From: Candidatus Parcubacteria bacterium
GTDB taxonomy: Bacteria > Patescibacteriota > Patescibacteriia > UBA1558 > GWA2-36-10
Direction of reading: 5' to 3'
Length of the DNA: 64,000 bases
NCBI GenBank assembly: GCA_018664825.1
Contig: JABJNO010000017.1
Location: forward strand, 50,743 to 114,742
Below the pieces are notes generated by a model. It saw nothing but the letters and a program-made list of their open reading frames with translations. It was not told where the DNA came from and did no database searches. The position numbers were made by a program, and so were the translations under genes. Shown here in pieces: positions 28,252-36,692 of this stretch (the first letter of the stretch is position 1; every line of letters begins with the position of its first letter).

Positions 28252-28890
28252 ATGACATATTCGGAGCGGGTCTTGGAGAAAATCAAGGAACATAAAGCCG
28301 GTTGTAATCTGGGTCATACGTCTATGGTTTTTTTAGCTTTAATAAGTGTTAATCATGTTCTGGTCAAAGTTCATTGTGAGCGAGTAGCTCTCTTGGCTGA
28401 GAACGCAGCACGAGTATTGGACCTAGATGTAAAAGCAGCTTTTTTTGCTGGATTACTACACGATATAGGTAAATTGACCTTGCCATCTGGTTTATTTGAT
28501 GATGGAGAAATTGATGCTGAAGAGTATCAACAAATCAAAACGCACGCTATTGCTGCTTACGAAATTTTGGATGATTTTCATCTTTTTATCGCTTTGTGTG
28601 CTGGATTGCATCATGCAGTTTATGAACATGGCTATGGCTTAACAACCGAAGAACTTCCAAAAAATTGGCCAGTAGAGCTCAAAAACAAAGTAATCCGAAT
28701 AGCCACTTTGGTATCAATTTGTGATTTTGTTGACGCTGCAAGTCATCGTAAATCAAGGTTTATTGAGGCAAGCTCTCTTAAGGTACGAAAAGAAGATAGC
28801 TCTTTACGAGATAAGTTGATTGAGCAATATCCCAACAAGGAAACAACAATAGATGCTGTTCTTGAAGCAAATCAAGAATTTGTTGCTTAA
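28252..28890 (+). CDS. HD-domain phosphohydrolase (HD-GYP-like, degenerate GYP)
   Basis: HCERVA, LLHDIGK, IKTH, LHH...GYG, ICDFVDA; promoter TTGACA 28178-N17-TAGGAT. Confidence 0.85.
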   Translation: MTYSERVLEKIKEHKAGCNLGHTSMVFLALISVNHVLVKVHCERVALLAENAARVLDLDVKAAFFAGLLHDIGKLTLPSGLFDDGEIDAEEYQQIKTHAIAAYEILDDFHLFIALCAGLHHAVYEHGYGLTTEELPKNWPVELKNKVIRIATLVSICDFVDAASHRKSRFIEASSLKVRKEDSSLRDKLIEQYPNKETTIDAVLEANQEFVA

Positions 28891-28898
28891 ATCAAAAC

Positions 28899-28926
28899 AC
28901 CGTCGTGTAAATACACGACGGTTTTT
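28899..28926 (+). terminator. Intrinsic terminator
   Basis: ACCGTCGTGTA-aa-TACACGACGGT-TTTT. Confidence 0.8.
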
Positions 28927-28965
28927 ATTTTATAAAAAAAGCGAGCTTTATTGCTCGTTTTTATT

Positions 28966-29038
28966 TGGCTCGGGGCGCGGTCTATAGCTTACTTGGTCGC
29001 AGACCATGAGCGAGCAAAGCGAGTTGAATGGCTCGGGG
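28966..29038 (-). repeat. Two extra copies of the tRNA-Gln 3' end (CCCCGAGCCA)
   Basis: TGGCTCGGGG at 28966 and 29029, identical to 29121-29130. Confidence 0.8.
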
Positions 29039-29120
29039 CGCTGAGCTATTGCTCAGCATCTTAGGAGCCTCGTCTTTGACTCGGATTTATTGACCCGAGC
29101 CTGCGTTCACTACGTTCTCT

Positions 29121-29194
29121 TGGCTCGGGGACAGGGAGTCGAACCCCGATTCTCAGGACCAGAACCTGATGTCCTACCATTAGACGATCCCCGA
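29121..29194 (-). tRNA. tRNA-Gln (anticodon CTG), CCA encoded
   Basis: Acceptor TCGGGGA/TCCCCGA, anticodon arm TCAGG-TTCTGGT-CCTGA, T-loop GTTCGACTC. Confidence 0.96.
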
Positions 29195-29205
29195 ATAAGT
29201 ATAAT

Positions 29206-30720
29206 TTATACTATCTCACCGCCAAAGGTATCAAGAACATCAGTAACCTCTTTATCATTTTTACCCTTAAAAACTTCGTGATTTTCTTTGTAGTTGGCGT
29301 CAATTTGAAAATTGATATTTAGTTTTTTGTCCAAATATTTTTCAAATATCTCAGTCAGATTACTTTTGACCTGTGGTTTGTCCAATTGTTCAATATGAAA
29401 TGCATACTCCAAACCAATCATAATACTTTCATTGTCTACAGACAAAGGATGTCCAGTCAATAATATAGAAGATAAAGAGTGGTTTAGTGGTTTTGAATCA
29501 TTGATTATATTACTCCAGTTTTTTTCTAATTTTTTTATAGCTTCACTGGAATTGTCAGTAGCTGTTTTTGATTGTTCGGGACTAGCATCTGATTGAGTTG
29601 GTTTTGTTTCTTGGATACCAGATTTTGTTTCTTTATTCAACAAAAATTCTACACAAGCCAATTCTAGTGGTAGTTGATCAATAAGAGAATCTTTGATTGA
29701 CAATTTTTCCAACAAAATATTCAAAAGTCTAGATAAGTCACTAAGCGGAAATTCAGCTGCGTGTTTTTTGATAGAAACAACCAAGTCTTCAGAAAAATCC
29801 AAGTTAAAAGATGGTCCAATTGTCTGATAAAGCATTATCTGCCGTAAGTAATCAATCAAATTAACAGTAAAATTTTGCAAATCAATACCTTCGGAAACAA
29901 GCTTATTTAGTTGATTTAGGGCAGTAGATAGATTGTTGTGGCGTAAAGACTCTACCAGTATATCGATTTCTCCCCAGTTGCTGCTAGGTAGTACCAAAGA
30001 AGCTAGTTCATCTGTCACTTTGTCAGTACCCAAAGATATAATCTGACCCAACAATGACTCGGCATCACGGAGACATCCTTCTGAACGACGAGAGATCTCG
30101 GCCAATAGATAATCCGGTACGGTTATTTTTTCCCATTCTATGATTTCACTAAGACGTTTGATCATATCAACTTGAGGAATTTTTTTGAGGTCAAATCTTT
30201 GGCAACGAGAGATTATTGTCTCGGGCACTTTGTGTATCTCAGTAGTAGCTAATATAAATATCACAGATTTTGGTGGCTCTTCTAGGGTTTTTAGGAGTGC
30301 ATTGAAGGCAGACTTGGAGAGCATGTGGACTTCATCGATAATAAAAACTTTGTAGCCCTTGTTGTTGAATGGGGGCACTTGAGCGTTGGCAATAATATTT
30401 TCTCGAATATTATCAACACCAGTATGGGATGCGGCATCTACTTCTATAAAATCCATACTACGTCCAGAACTAATCAAATTACAAATCTCACAATCATTAC
30501 AAGGTTCTGATTCTTTATCTTTTCTTTTTAAACAATTTAAAGAACGGGCAAACAATCTTGCTAGCGTTGTCTTACCCGTACCACGTGGACCTACAAAAAG
30601 ATATGCGTGAGCGATATTACCAGAGGCTATTTCGCTTTGCAGGGTTACCTTGATAGGCTTTTGACCAACCACTTCTTTAAAAGTTTTTGGTCTATACTTA
30701 CGATAAATTACTTCGGACAT
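29206..30720 (-). CDS. dnaX: DNA polymerase III gamma/tau
   Basis: YRKYRP, HAYLF.GPRGTGKTT, IDEVHMLS, ALLKTLEEPP, SRCQRF. Confidence 0.96.
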   Translation of the reverse strand: MSEVIYRKYRPKTFKEVVGQKPIKVTLQSEIASGNIAHAYLFVGPRGTGKTTLARLFARSLNCLKRKDKESEPCNDCEICNLISSGRSMDFIEVDAASHTGVDNIRENIIANAQVPPFNNKGYKVFIIDEVHMLSKSAFNALLKTLEEPPKSVIFILATTEIHKVPETIISRCQRFDLKKIPQVDMIKRLSEIIEWEKITVPDYLLAEISRRSEGCLRDAESLLGQIISLGTDKVTDELASLVLPSSNWGEIDILVESLRHNNLSTALNQLNKLVSEGIDLQNFTVNLIDYLRQIMLYQTIGPSFNLDFSEDLVVSIKKHAAEFPLSDLSRLLNILLEKLSIKDSLIDQLPLELACVEFLLNKETKSGIQETKPTQSDASPEQSKTATDNSSEAIKKLEKNWSNIINDSKPLNHSLSSILLTGHPLSVDNESIMIGLEYAFHIEQLDKPQVKSNLTEIFEKYLDKKLNINFQIDANYKENHEVFKGKNDKEVTDVLDTFGGEIV

Positions 30721-30726
30721 GAATTT

Positions 30727-31314
30727 TTATAAGGTAATCTCGAAATCATCAGCAGAAGACTGTGATGAGCCATTTTTGTTTTTGATAATATTTTCAATTG
30801 CCGCCCACTCACAAGAGGCTTCTTTGGCTACTAGTATCACAGCTTCGTCGGCAACCTCACCCTTAAAATATGTAACACTTGCTAATAAAACTTTATACAC
30901 TTTATCACCAGCCAAAACTATAAATTCTCCGCTTTCATGATCTTTGACAATATGCCCAACCAAACGTTGTCGGTCAACTGGGGAAATCTGCTTAAAGATA
31001 AATGAACCGTCAGGCTCAATAGTAAGTTTTAATATATCTCCTTCTACCAATTTTGATTTGGAAGCATAGTTGGCTGGTACAGAATATTCTTTGCCATCTG
31101 GTCCGATCATAATTTGACCATTGAACACACCTTCAACAATAACACTATTTCCAATGTTTTCTTCAGAACCTACCCTACCAGCTGTTTTTAGATGATCGGC
31201 ATTATTTTGTTTTTTACCAGAAATTTCATTTAGGATTGTTTTACTACGTTGTAGGTCCAATTCCAAATTATATATAACAGATTCTAACTCTTTTATTTTT
31301 TCTTTTTTTGACAT
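30727..31314 (-). CDS. Conserved hypothetical protein
   Basis: VEGVFNG..MIG.DGK.Y.VPANYASKSKLVEGD.LKL. Confidence 0.7.
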   Translation of the reverse strand: MSKKEKIKELESVIYNLELDLQRSKTILNEISGKKQNNADHLKTAGRVGSEENIGNSVIVEGVFNGQIMIGPDGKEYSVPANYASKSKLVEGDILKLTIEPDGSFIFKQISPVDRQRLVGHIVKDHESGEFIVLAGDKVYKVLLASVTYFKGEVADEAVILVAKEASCEWAAIENIIKNKNGSSQSSADDFEITL

Positions 31315-31411
31315 TTTTATTTTTGTTTATTTCTGCGCTCATTTGTAATTTATCATAAAAGCCCTATTTTGGCAATCAGGGCTTTTTATACTAATTTTAG
31401 CTAAAAAATTC

Positions 31412-33859
31412 TTATATTATTACCCTTTGATCTACCTCTGCCTCGACTACTTTTCTATCCCGTCCATATTTAATACGAGAAAGCTCTTTGATGGCCATAG
31501 CTAGCTCATAATTGCCCTTTTCAGGCAACTGGGGTTGGAAGTTAAAGGCGGGTGGATTGGCGTTGTCTATCAATAATTTTATATAACAAGTGTACTTTGG
31601 CATATTGATCAAGTCATATTCAGAGACCACTGGAGCCATTTGTTTGGCTATGACCTCAGCATCTTCTACACCAATACGATATGAAATCAAAGTACCAACA
31701 TTACCAAAGATAGAATCTTTGATGCTGGTATCCCCTCCTTGAGTAAGTTGGGCAATGTACTGATGAGCAACTATAAGATTTAGTTTGTACTTTCGAGCTT
31801 CTGACAAAATACTAGCAATACTATCTGTCATAAAGTTTTGAAACTCATCGATATATAAATAAAAATCCTCACGTTGGTCTTCTTCTATGTCTACTCGACT
31901 CATAGCAGCAAACAATAATTTTCCGATTACAATCATACCAAGTAGGTTGCTATTCATTTCACCGATTTTACCCTTGGAAAGATTCAACAATATAATTTTG
32001 TTTTCATCCATGGCTTGGCGAAAATTGAAAGCAGATTTTTCTTGGGCAATAATAGGTCTGACCAAATCATTTGAGATAAAAGGAGTAAGTTTTGAGGTAA
32101 TATAAGGTACCATGTTGGCAAGAGATGCTTCACCGCCGGCTTTTTGAGCTTCTTTTTCCCAAAAGTCTTTGACGAATCTATTTTTTACTTTTGAGAGTTT
32201 ATATTTTCGGTAGTCATCATCAGCAAGTACTTTTGGAATCTCTAGCAAGGTAGCTCCACTTTCTTTGTCATCCATGATAAGCATCATGGCATTTCTCATA
32301 TATTGCTCAAACATCGGACCACCCGTAGCTTTGAGGTCGTAGAGTTTATCAAAAATATTTAATATCTCATTGATAACAAAAACCTTTTGTTCATCATTGT
32401 CATATTCGAGCATATTCATACCCAATGGTCTTTCAGCATCAGAAGGATCAAACAAAATTACATCCTCTGCCCTTTCTTTTGGTACATGGGTCAATGCCTT
32501 TTCTACCAAATCACCATGAGGATCAACCACGCAGACTCCTTTGCCAGCTTCAATGTCTTGTTTGATGAGCCCTTCCAAAAATACAGACTTACCAGTACCA
32601 GTTTGACCAATTTCGTACATATGACGACGACGGTCTGCTGGTTTCATACGTACTAGGGTTTCTTTGCCACGATAGCTATTTACACCCAAAATAATACCAT
32701 CTTCAGACATATTGTTTGGTGGCGGAGCTTTGACGGCTTCTAACCAGTCTATGTTTGGGGTTTCGGTAGTAGGTAATGGTAGATGCATGACACTGGTCAT
32801 TTCTTCGGAATTTAGCAACAACATATTTTTTGGTATGTAGTGTCGATAGATAAAATGATGTATCAAAGTATCTGGTTTTTTTGGAATAATAGCTTTAAAA
32901 CTATTACCAAATTCATAAATATTGTATTGACTATAACTATTTAATATATCGTTTAAAATAGCACTTGAACGGACCATTTCTTTTGTAGAAACAACAATCC
33001 TAGCATTTACCTCTAGGCCTGATTTTGAGGTTTTTTCTTCTAGGCCCTTGGCACGCTCTTGTTCCATACTCGACAATGGTTGGTGTGCTTCAGGAGTTGT
33101 TGAATCTTTATCACCTTGAGTTTGTACAAAACTAAATATAAAACCAAAAACTTTGCCTGCGGCAGCTAGTCCTCCGGTGCCTCCTGCTTTGTTTAGGGCC
33201 TTTTTATAAGTCATGCCACTTTGCATTTCAGTGGCAATCTTACGTCCTCTTTTGTGCCATTTTTTAGGAGCTGATCGGAAAACATACTGTACAGCAGCGG
33301 ATTCATTTTCGGTCAGCTTACTCATGCTATTGGTGATACTTTCTAGTGGATCAGTTTCAAATTGTTTGAAGGTTTTTATGGGTAAGCTAGCATCTCCGGT
33401 AAAACGTAAATGACCAGCGGCTATCTGGCTATCATTTTGAAAAATATTGTAATCACGCATATCCTCAAAGTATATTTTGGGATATACAGCCTGGAGTTGT
33501 TGAATAAAAAACTCTTTGTATATTTTTGGGATAGCGGCATAAAAGTTTATCAAGCCATTGACCGATACTATTTCTAGAGAAAAAACATCAGTCCTAGGAG
33601 CTAGGAATTTTTTATCTACTTTTAGGCCAGCCAAAGACATAAAAAGATTTTCTATTTTACCAAGAGCATTTTGAATATACTCTTTGGTCAACTCTTCTTT
33701 TTCTTGTTTGGTATACTTGGGGATTTTTATCAAAATGACCTCAAGTTCCAAATCCTTATTGGCTTTGGTTTGTAAGTTTGAGCGAACCAAATATAAAGCT
33801 AATGCTATGACAAAAGCAAGTCCTATAACGCCCCCAATTATAATAACTGTTGTGTCCAT
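31412..33859 (-). CDS. VirD4/TraG-like ATPase fused to an N-terminal membrane partner domain
   Basis: N-terminal TM; DRRRHMY.IGQTGTGKS, DPHGD, LYIDEFQNF, SEARKY. Confidence 0.87.
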   Translation of the reverse strand: MDTTVIIIGGVIGLAFVIALALYLVRSNLQTKANKDLELEVILIKIPKYTKQEKEELTKEYIQNALGKIENLFMSLAGLKVDKKFLAPRTDVFSLEIVSVNGLINFYAAIPKIYKEFFIQQLQAVYPKIYFEDMRDYNIFQNDSQIAAGHLRFTGDASLPIKTFKQFETDPLESITNSMSKLTENESAAVQYVFRSAPKKWHKRGRKIATEMQSGMTYKKALNKAGGTGGLAAAGKVFGFIFSFVQTQGDKDSTTPEAHQPLSSMEQERAKGLEEKTSKSGLEVNARIVVSTKEMVRSSAILNDILNSYSQYNIYEFGNSFKAIIPKKPDTLIHHFIYRHYIPKNMLLLNSEEMTSVMHLPLPTTETPNIDWLEAVKAPPPNNMSEDGIILGVNSYRGKETLVRMKPADRRRHMYEIGQTGTGKSVFLEGLIKQDIEAGKGVCVVDPHGDLVEKALTHVPKERAEDVILFDPSDAERPLGMNMLEYDNDEQKVFVINEILNIFDKLYDLKATGGPMFEQYMRNAMMLIMDDKESGATLLEIPKVLADDDYRKYKLSKVKNRFVKDFWEKEAQKAGGEASLANMVPYITSKLTPFISNDLVRPIIAQEKSAFNFRQAMDENKIILLNLSKGKIGEMNSNLLGMIVIGKLLFAAMSRVDIEEDQREDFYLYIDEFQNFMTDSIASILSEARKYKLNLIVAHQYIAQLTQGGDTSIKDSIFGNVGTLISYRIGVEDAEVIAKQMAPVVSEYDLINMPKYTCYIKLLIDNANPPAFNFQPQLPEKGNYELAMAIKELSRIKYGRDRKVVEAEVDQRVII

Positions 33860-33864
33860 GGTAG

Positions 33865-34356
33865 TTATTCTTTTTTATACATTTTCAATATAGCCTCCGC
33901 CTTTATTTTGGCTTCTTGCTCTATATAAAATTTATTTACTCTTGGGATTATCTTTAGCCAGTCAAAAATCAAAATAATCACTTGTTTTACTTTGACACCA
34001 GTCTGACGCATTAAAATTGCAATTTTTTGACTAGTTTCCTCCCCTTTTATTTTGAATTGTGCCTGAGTAGCAGCATCCATGGTCAAAAAAGCATTTTCCA
34101 TATCTTGTGATAAAACGCTCTCTATATTTTTTACTTCACCTGGATCAGCTGGTTGAGGAACTGGTTGAGCATCAACTGGAGCGGCAGGCAAGGGAGCTGG
34201 TTGAGGAGTTTGAGAGACCTCTTCAGCGACTTGTTCGGGAGTTACCTCTGGCTTTTGCTCTACACTAGGCTCTATTTGCTCAGCTTGAGGAACCGGGGTT
34301 TCTGGTACCGCGGGTTTGTCTGGGGTTATATTTGGTGTGTTTGTTAAATCTGGCAT
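33865..34356 (-). CDS. Hypothetical protein with Pro/Glu-rich N-terminus
   Basis: C-terminus F..KGEET...WL..IP.VNKFYIEQEAKIK. Confidence 0.7.
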   Translation of the reverse strand: MPDLTNTPNITPDKPAVPETPVPQAEQIEPSVEQKPEVTPEQVAEEVSQTPQPAPLPAAPVDAQPVPQPADPGEVKNIESVLSQDMENAFLTMDAATQAQFKIKGEETSQKIAILMRQTGVKVKQVIILIFDWLKIIPRVNKFYIEQEAKIKAEAILKMYKKE

Positions 34357-34382
34357 GAATATATTATAGCAGATTTAGGTAT

Positions 34383-34823
34383 TTATTGTAAGTTATTTTT
34401 TATAACTTTAAAAACTTTATTTCTATCTTTGATTCCAAACAAATATATTTTTTTATTATCTATCATCAAATAAATGCTGTCGTTATTGTGTTTTGCTATT
34501 TTTTCTATTCTATCCAAATCAAAGGATACGAGTTGTAAAAACTTATTTTCATCGCTTGCTTTGAGAAAGATAATACGCTGATCCGTTAGTAGATAAAAAT
34601 TGCCCTTGGTCAAGAGGAATTTTAGCAAAGTAAACAACAAAAATAATGTCCAGGCACACCATAACCAAAATCCTTGGTGCCCTGCCTGCCAAATAGGCCA
34701 CAGCATAAAAAAAGTAAGCACCAATAAAGACAAAACAAAGTAAATCCTTGGTGCTCTAGCCTTTGGTGTTATCAACAAAGTTAGCTCTTCCGTATTTTTA
34801 ATAAATTTGTTAAACTTATCCAT
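34383..34823 (-). CDS. Membrane protein with a bacterial PH-like domain
   Basis: 2 TM followed by YLLTDQRII. Confidence 0.6.
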   Translation of the reverse strand: MDKFNKFIKNTEELTLLITPKARAPRIYFVLSLLVLTFFMLWPIWQAGHQGFWLWCAWTLFLLFTLLKFLLTKGNFYLLTDQRIIFLKASDENKFLQLVSFDLDRIEKIAKHNNDSIYLMIDNKKIYLFGIKDRNKVFKVIKNNLQ

Positions 34824-34925
34824 AGTATGAATAGAAAAACCCAAAAAATAGTCTGGATTATATTGTCATCATTTATTATCTTATCAATGTTGCTTTTTAC
34901 TATAGGAGTTGGCTACAATTACTAG

Positions 34926-36692
34926 CTAGCGCTTGAGTACAGCAAGATAGGCCTCTTGAGGTATGTCCACCTTGGCTCCTTTGGCCATTTTCTTTTTGCC
35001 TTTTTTCTGTTTTTCCAAAAGTTTACGCTTTCGAGTCACGTCACCACCATACAATTTGGCAGTAACATCCTTTCTGAGGGCAGATATTCTTTCTCCAGCA
35101 ATAATTTTACCTCCTACGGCAGCCTGTAGTTTTACTACAAATTGTTGTTTTGGTAGGACTTCTTTTAACTTTTGGACTATTTTTTTGCCAATTTTGTGAG
35201 CTTGGTCACGATAAACTAGTGTTGTAAGGGCCTCTACGGGATGCTCGGCAACCAAAATGTCCATTTTTACCAAGTCACACTTTCTATAATCCAAAAAATC
35301 ATAGTTTAATGAGGCATATCCCGATGATATGCTCTTTATATTGTCATAAAAATCTACCAAAATAGTAGATAGCGGTATATCGTAGTGTAAAATAACTCTA
35401 TCTTCATCTATATATTCAGTATTTTTGGAAATACCATAATTATCACTAACATATGACATCAAACCACCGATATGTTCTTTTGGTGTGACAATCTCTATTT
35501 TCATATATGGCTCTTCGGCATAGTCTATATTTGAAGGATCAGGCATTTCATTTGGTGTAGTCAGGTCAATGACTTTCTTATTTTGGAGATAAATTTTATA
35601 AGCAACCGTCGGAGTGGTCACTACCAACTCCAAATTAAATTCTCTATTCAATCTTTCTTGAAATATTTCTAAATGTAATAATCCCAAAAAACCACACCTA
35701 AAACCAAAGCCTAGGGCATGAGAACTAGCTGGCTCATAGACTAGACTAGAGTCACTGAGTTTTAATTTTAATATACCATCTCTCAACCTTTGGTAATCAC
35801 TACCTTCTTTGGGAAATATTCCAGCGTATACCATTGGCTTTATTTCTTTATATCCCGGCAACGCAGGTGTGTCACTTTTTACTTGAACAATAGTATCACC
35901 AACTTGAGCTTTTTCTAGATGTTTTACTCCTGTGACAAGATAGCCTATTTCACCATCATTCAAACCATCAGTTGAGTGCCAATCTGGCTTGAGGATGCCT
36001 ACATCCAAAACTTCTGTGATTTCTTCGGTAGCTACAAATTTTATTTTGTCACCTTTTTTTATTTGTCCACCAAAAAGTCTGACATATATAACAACTCCTC
36101 TAAACTCATCATAAGTAGAATCAAAGATCAGGGCTCGCAGATCTTCATTTTCTTTTTTTGGAGCTGGTACTTTTTCGACAACTGCATCCAAAACATCTTC
36201 TATCCCCTCACCTGTTTTGGCAGAGGTCAATATAATCTCTTTTTCTTCACAGCCCAAGAGATTTACAATTTCAGTACTTACTTTTTCCACATTGGCTGCG
36301 GGTAGGTCAATTTTGTTTATAACAGGGATTATTTTTAAATTTTGTTCCATCGCCAAGTATAGGTTTGCCAATGTTTGAGCTTCTATACCTTGGGTAGCAT
36401 CAACCAGAAGTATAGCACCCTCTACAGCAGCTAGAGATCTAGATACTTCATAGCTAAAATCAACATGTCCAGGGGTATCGATAAGGTTCAATGAAAAATC
36501 ACGCCACTTCATAGTAGCGGGTTGTAATTTTATGGTAATTCCTCTTTCTCGTTCCAAATCCATTTGATCCAAGATTTGGTTTTTCATTTTTCTTTTGTCG
36601 ATAGTATTGGTTACTTCCAACATTCTATCAGCTAAAGTAGATTTACCATGATCTATATGAGCGATGATGCAAAAATTACGTGTTTTTTCCAT
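34926..36692 (-). CDS. lepA: Elongation factor 4
   Basis: RNFCIIAHIDHGKSTLADR, GFRCGFLGLLH, KDVTAKLYGGD. Confidence 0.98.
   Translation of the reverse strand: MEKTRNFCIIAHIDHGKSTLADRMLEVTNTIDKRKMKNQILDQMDLERERGITIKLQPATMKWRDFSLNLIDTPGHVDFSYEVSRSLAAVEGAILLVDATQGIEAQTLANLYLAMEQNLKIIPVINKIDLPAANVEKVSTEIVNLLGCEEKEIILTSAKTGEGIEDVLDAVVEKVPAPKKENEDLRALIFDSTYDEFRGVVIYVRLFGGQIKKGDKIKFVATEEITEVLDVGILKPDWHSTDGLNDGEIGYLVTGVKHLEKAQVGDTIVQVKSDTPALPGYKEIKPMVYAGIFPKEGSDYQRLRDGILKLKLSDSSLVYEPASSHALGFGFRCGFLGLLHLEIFQERLNREFNLELVVTTPTVAYKIYLQNKKVIDLTTPNEMPDPSNIDYAEEPYMKIEIVTPKEHIGGLMSYVSDNYGISKNTEYIDEDRVILHYDIPLSTILVDFYDNIKSISSGYASLNYDFLDYRKCDLVKMDILVAEHPVEALTTLVYRDQAHKIGKKIVQKLKEVLPKQQFVVKLQAAVGGKIIAGERISALRKDVTAKLYGGDVTRKRKLLEKQKKGKKKMAKGAKVDIPQEAYLAVLKR

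Noticed and set aside
28966-29130. CRISPR array
   Set aside because: The repeat is only 10-12 nt, equals the tRNA 3' end, has unequal spacers, and there are no cas genes
29090-29281. 63-aa plus-strand ORF
   Set aside because: Antisense to tRNA-Gln and the end of dnaX
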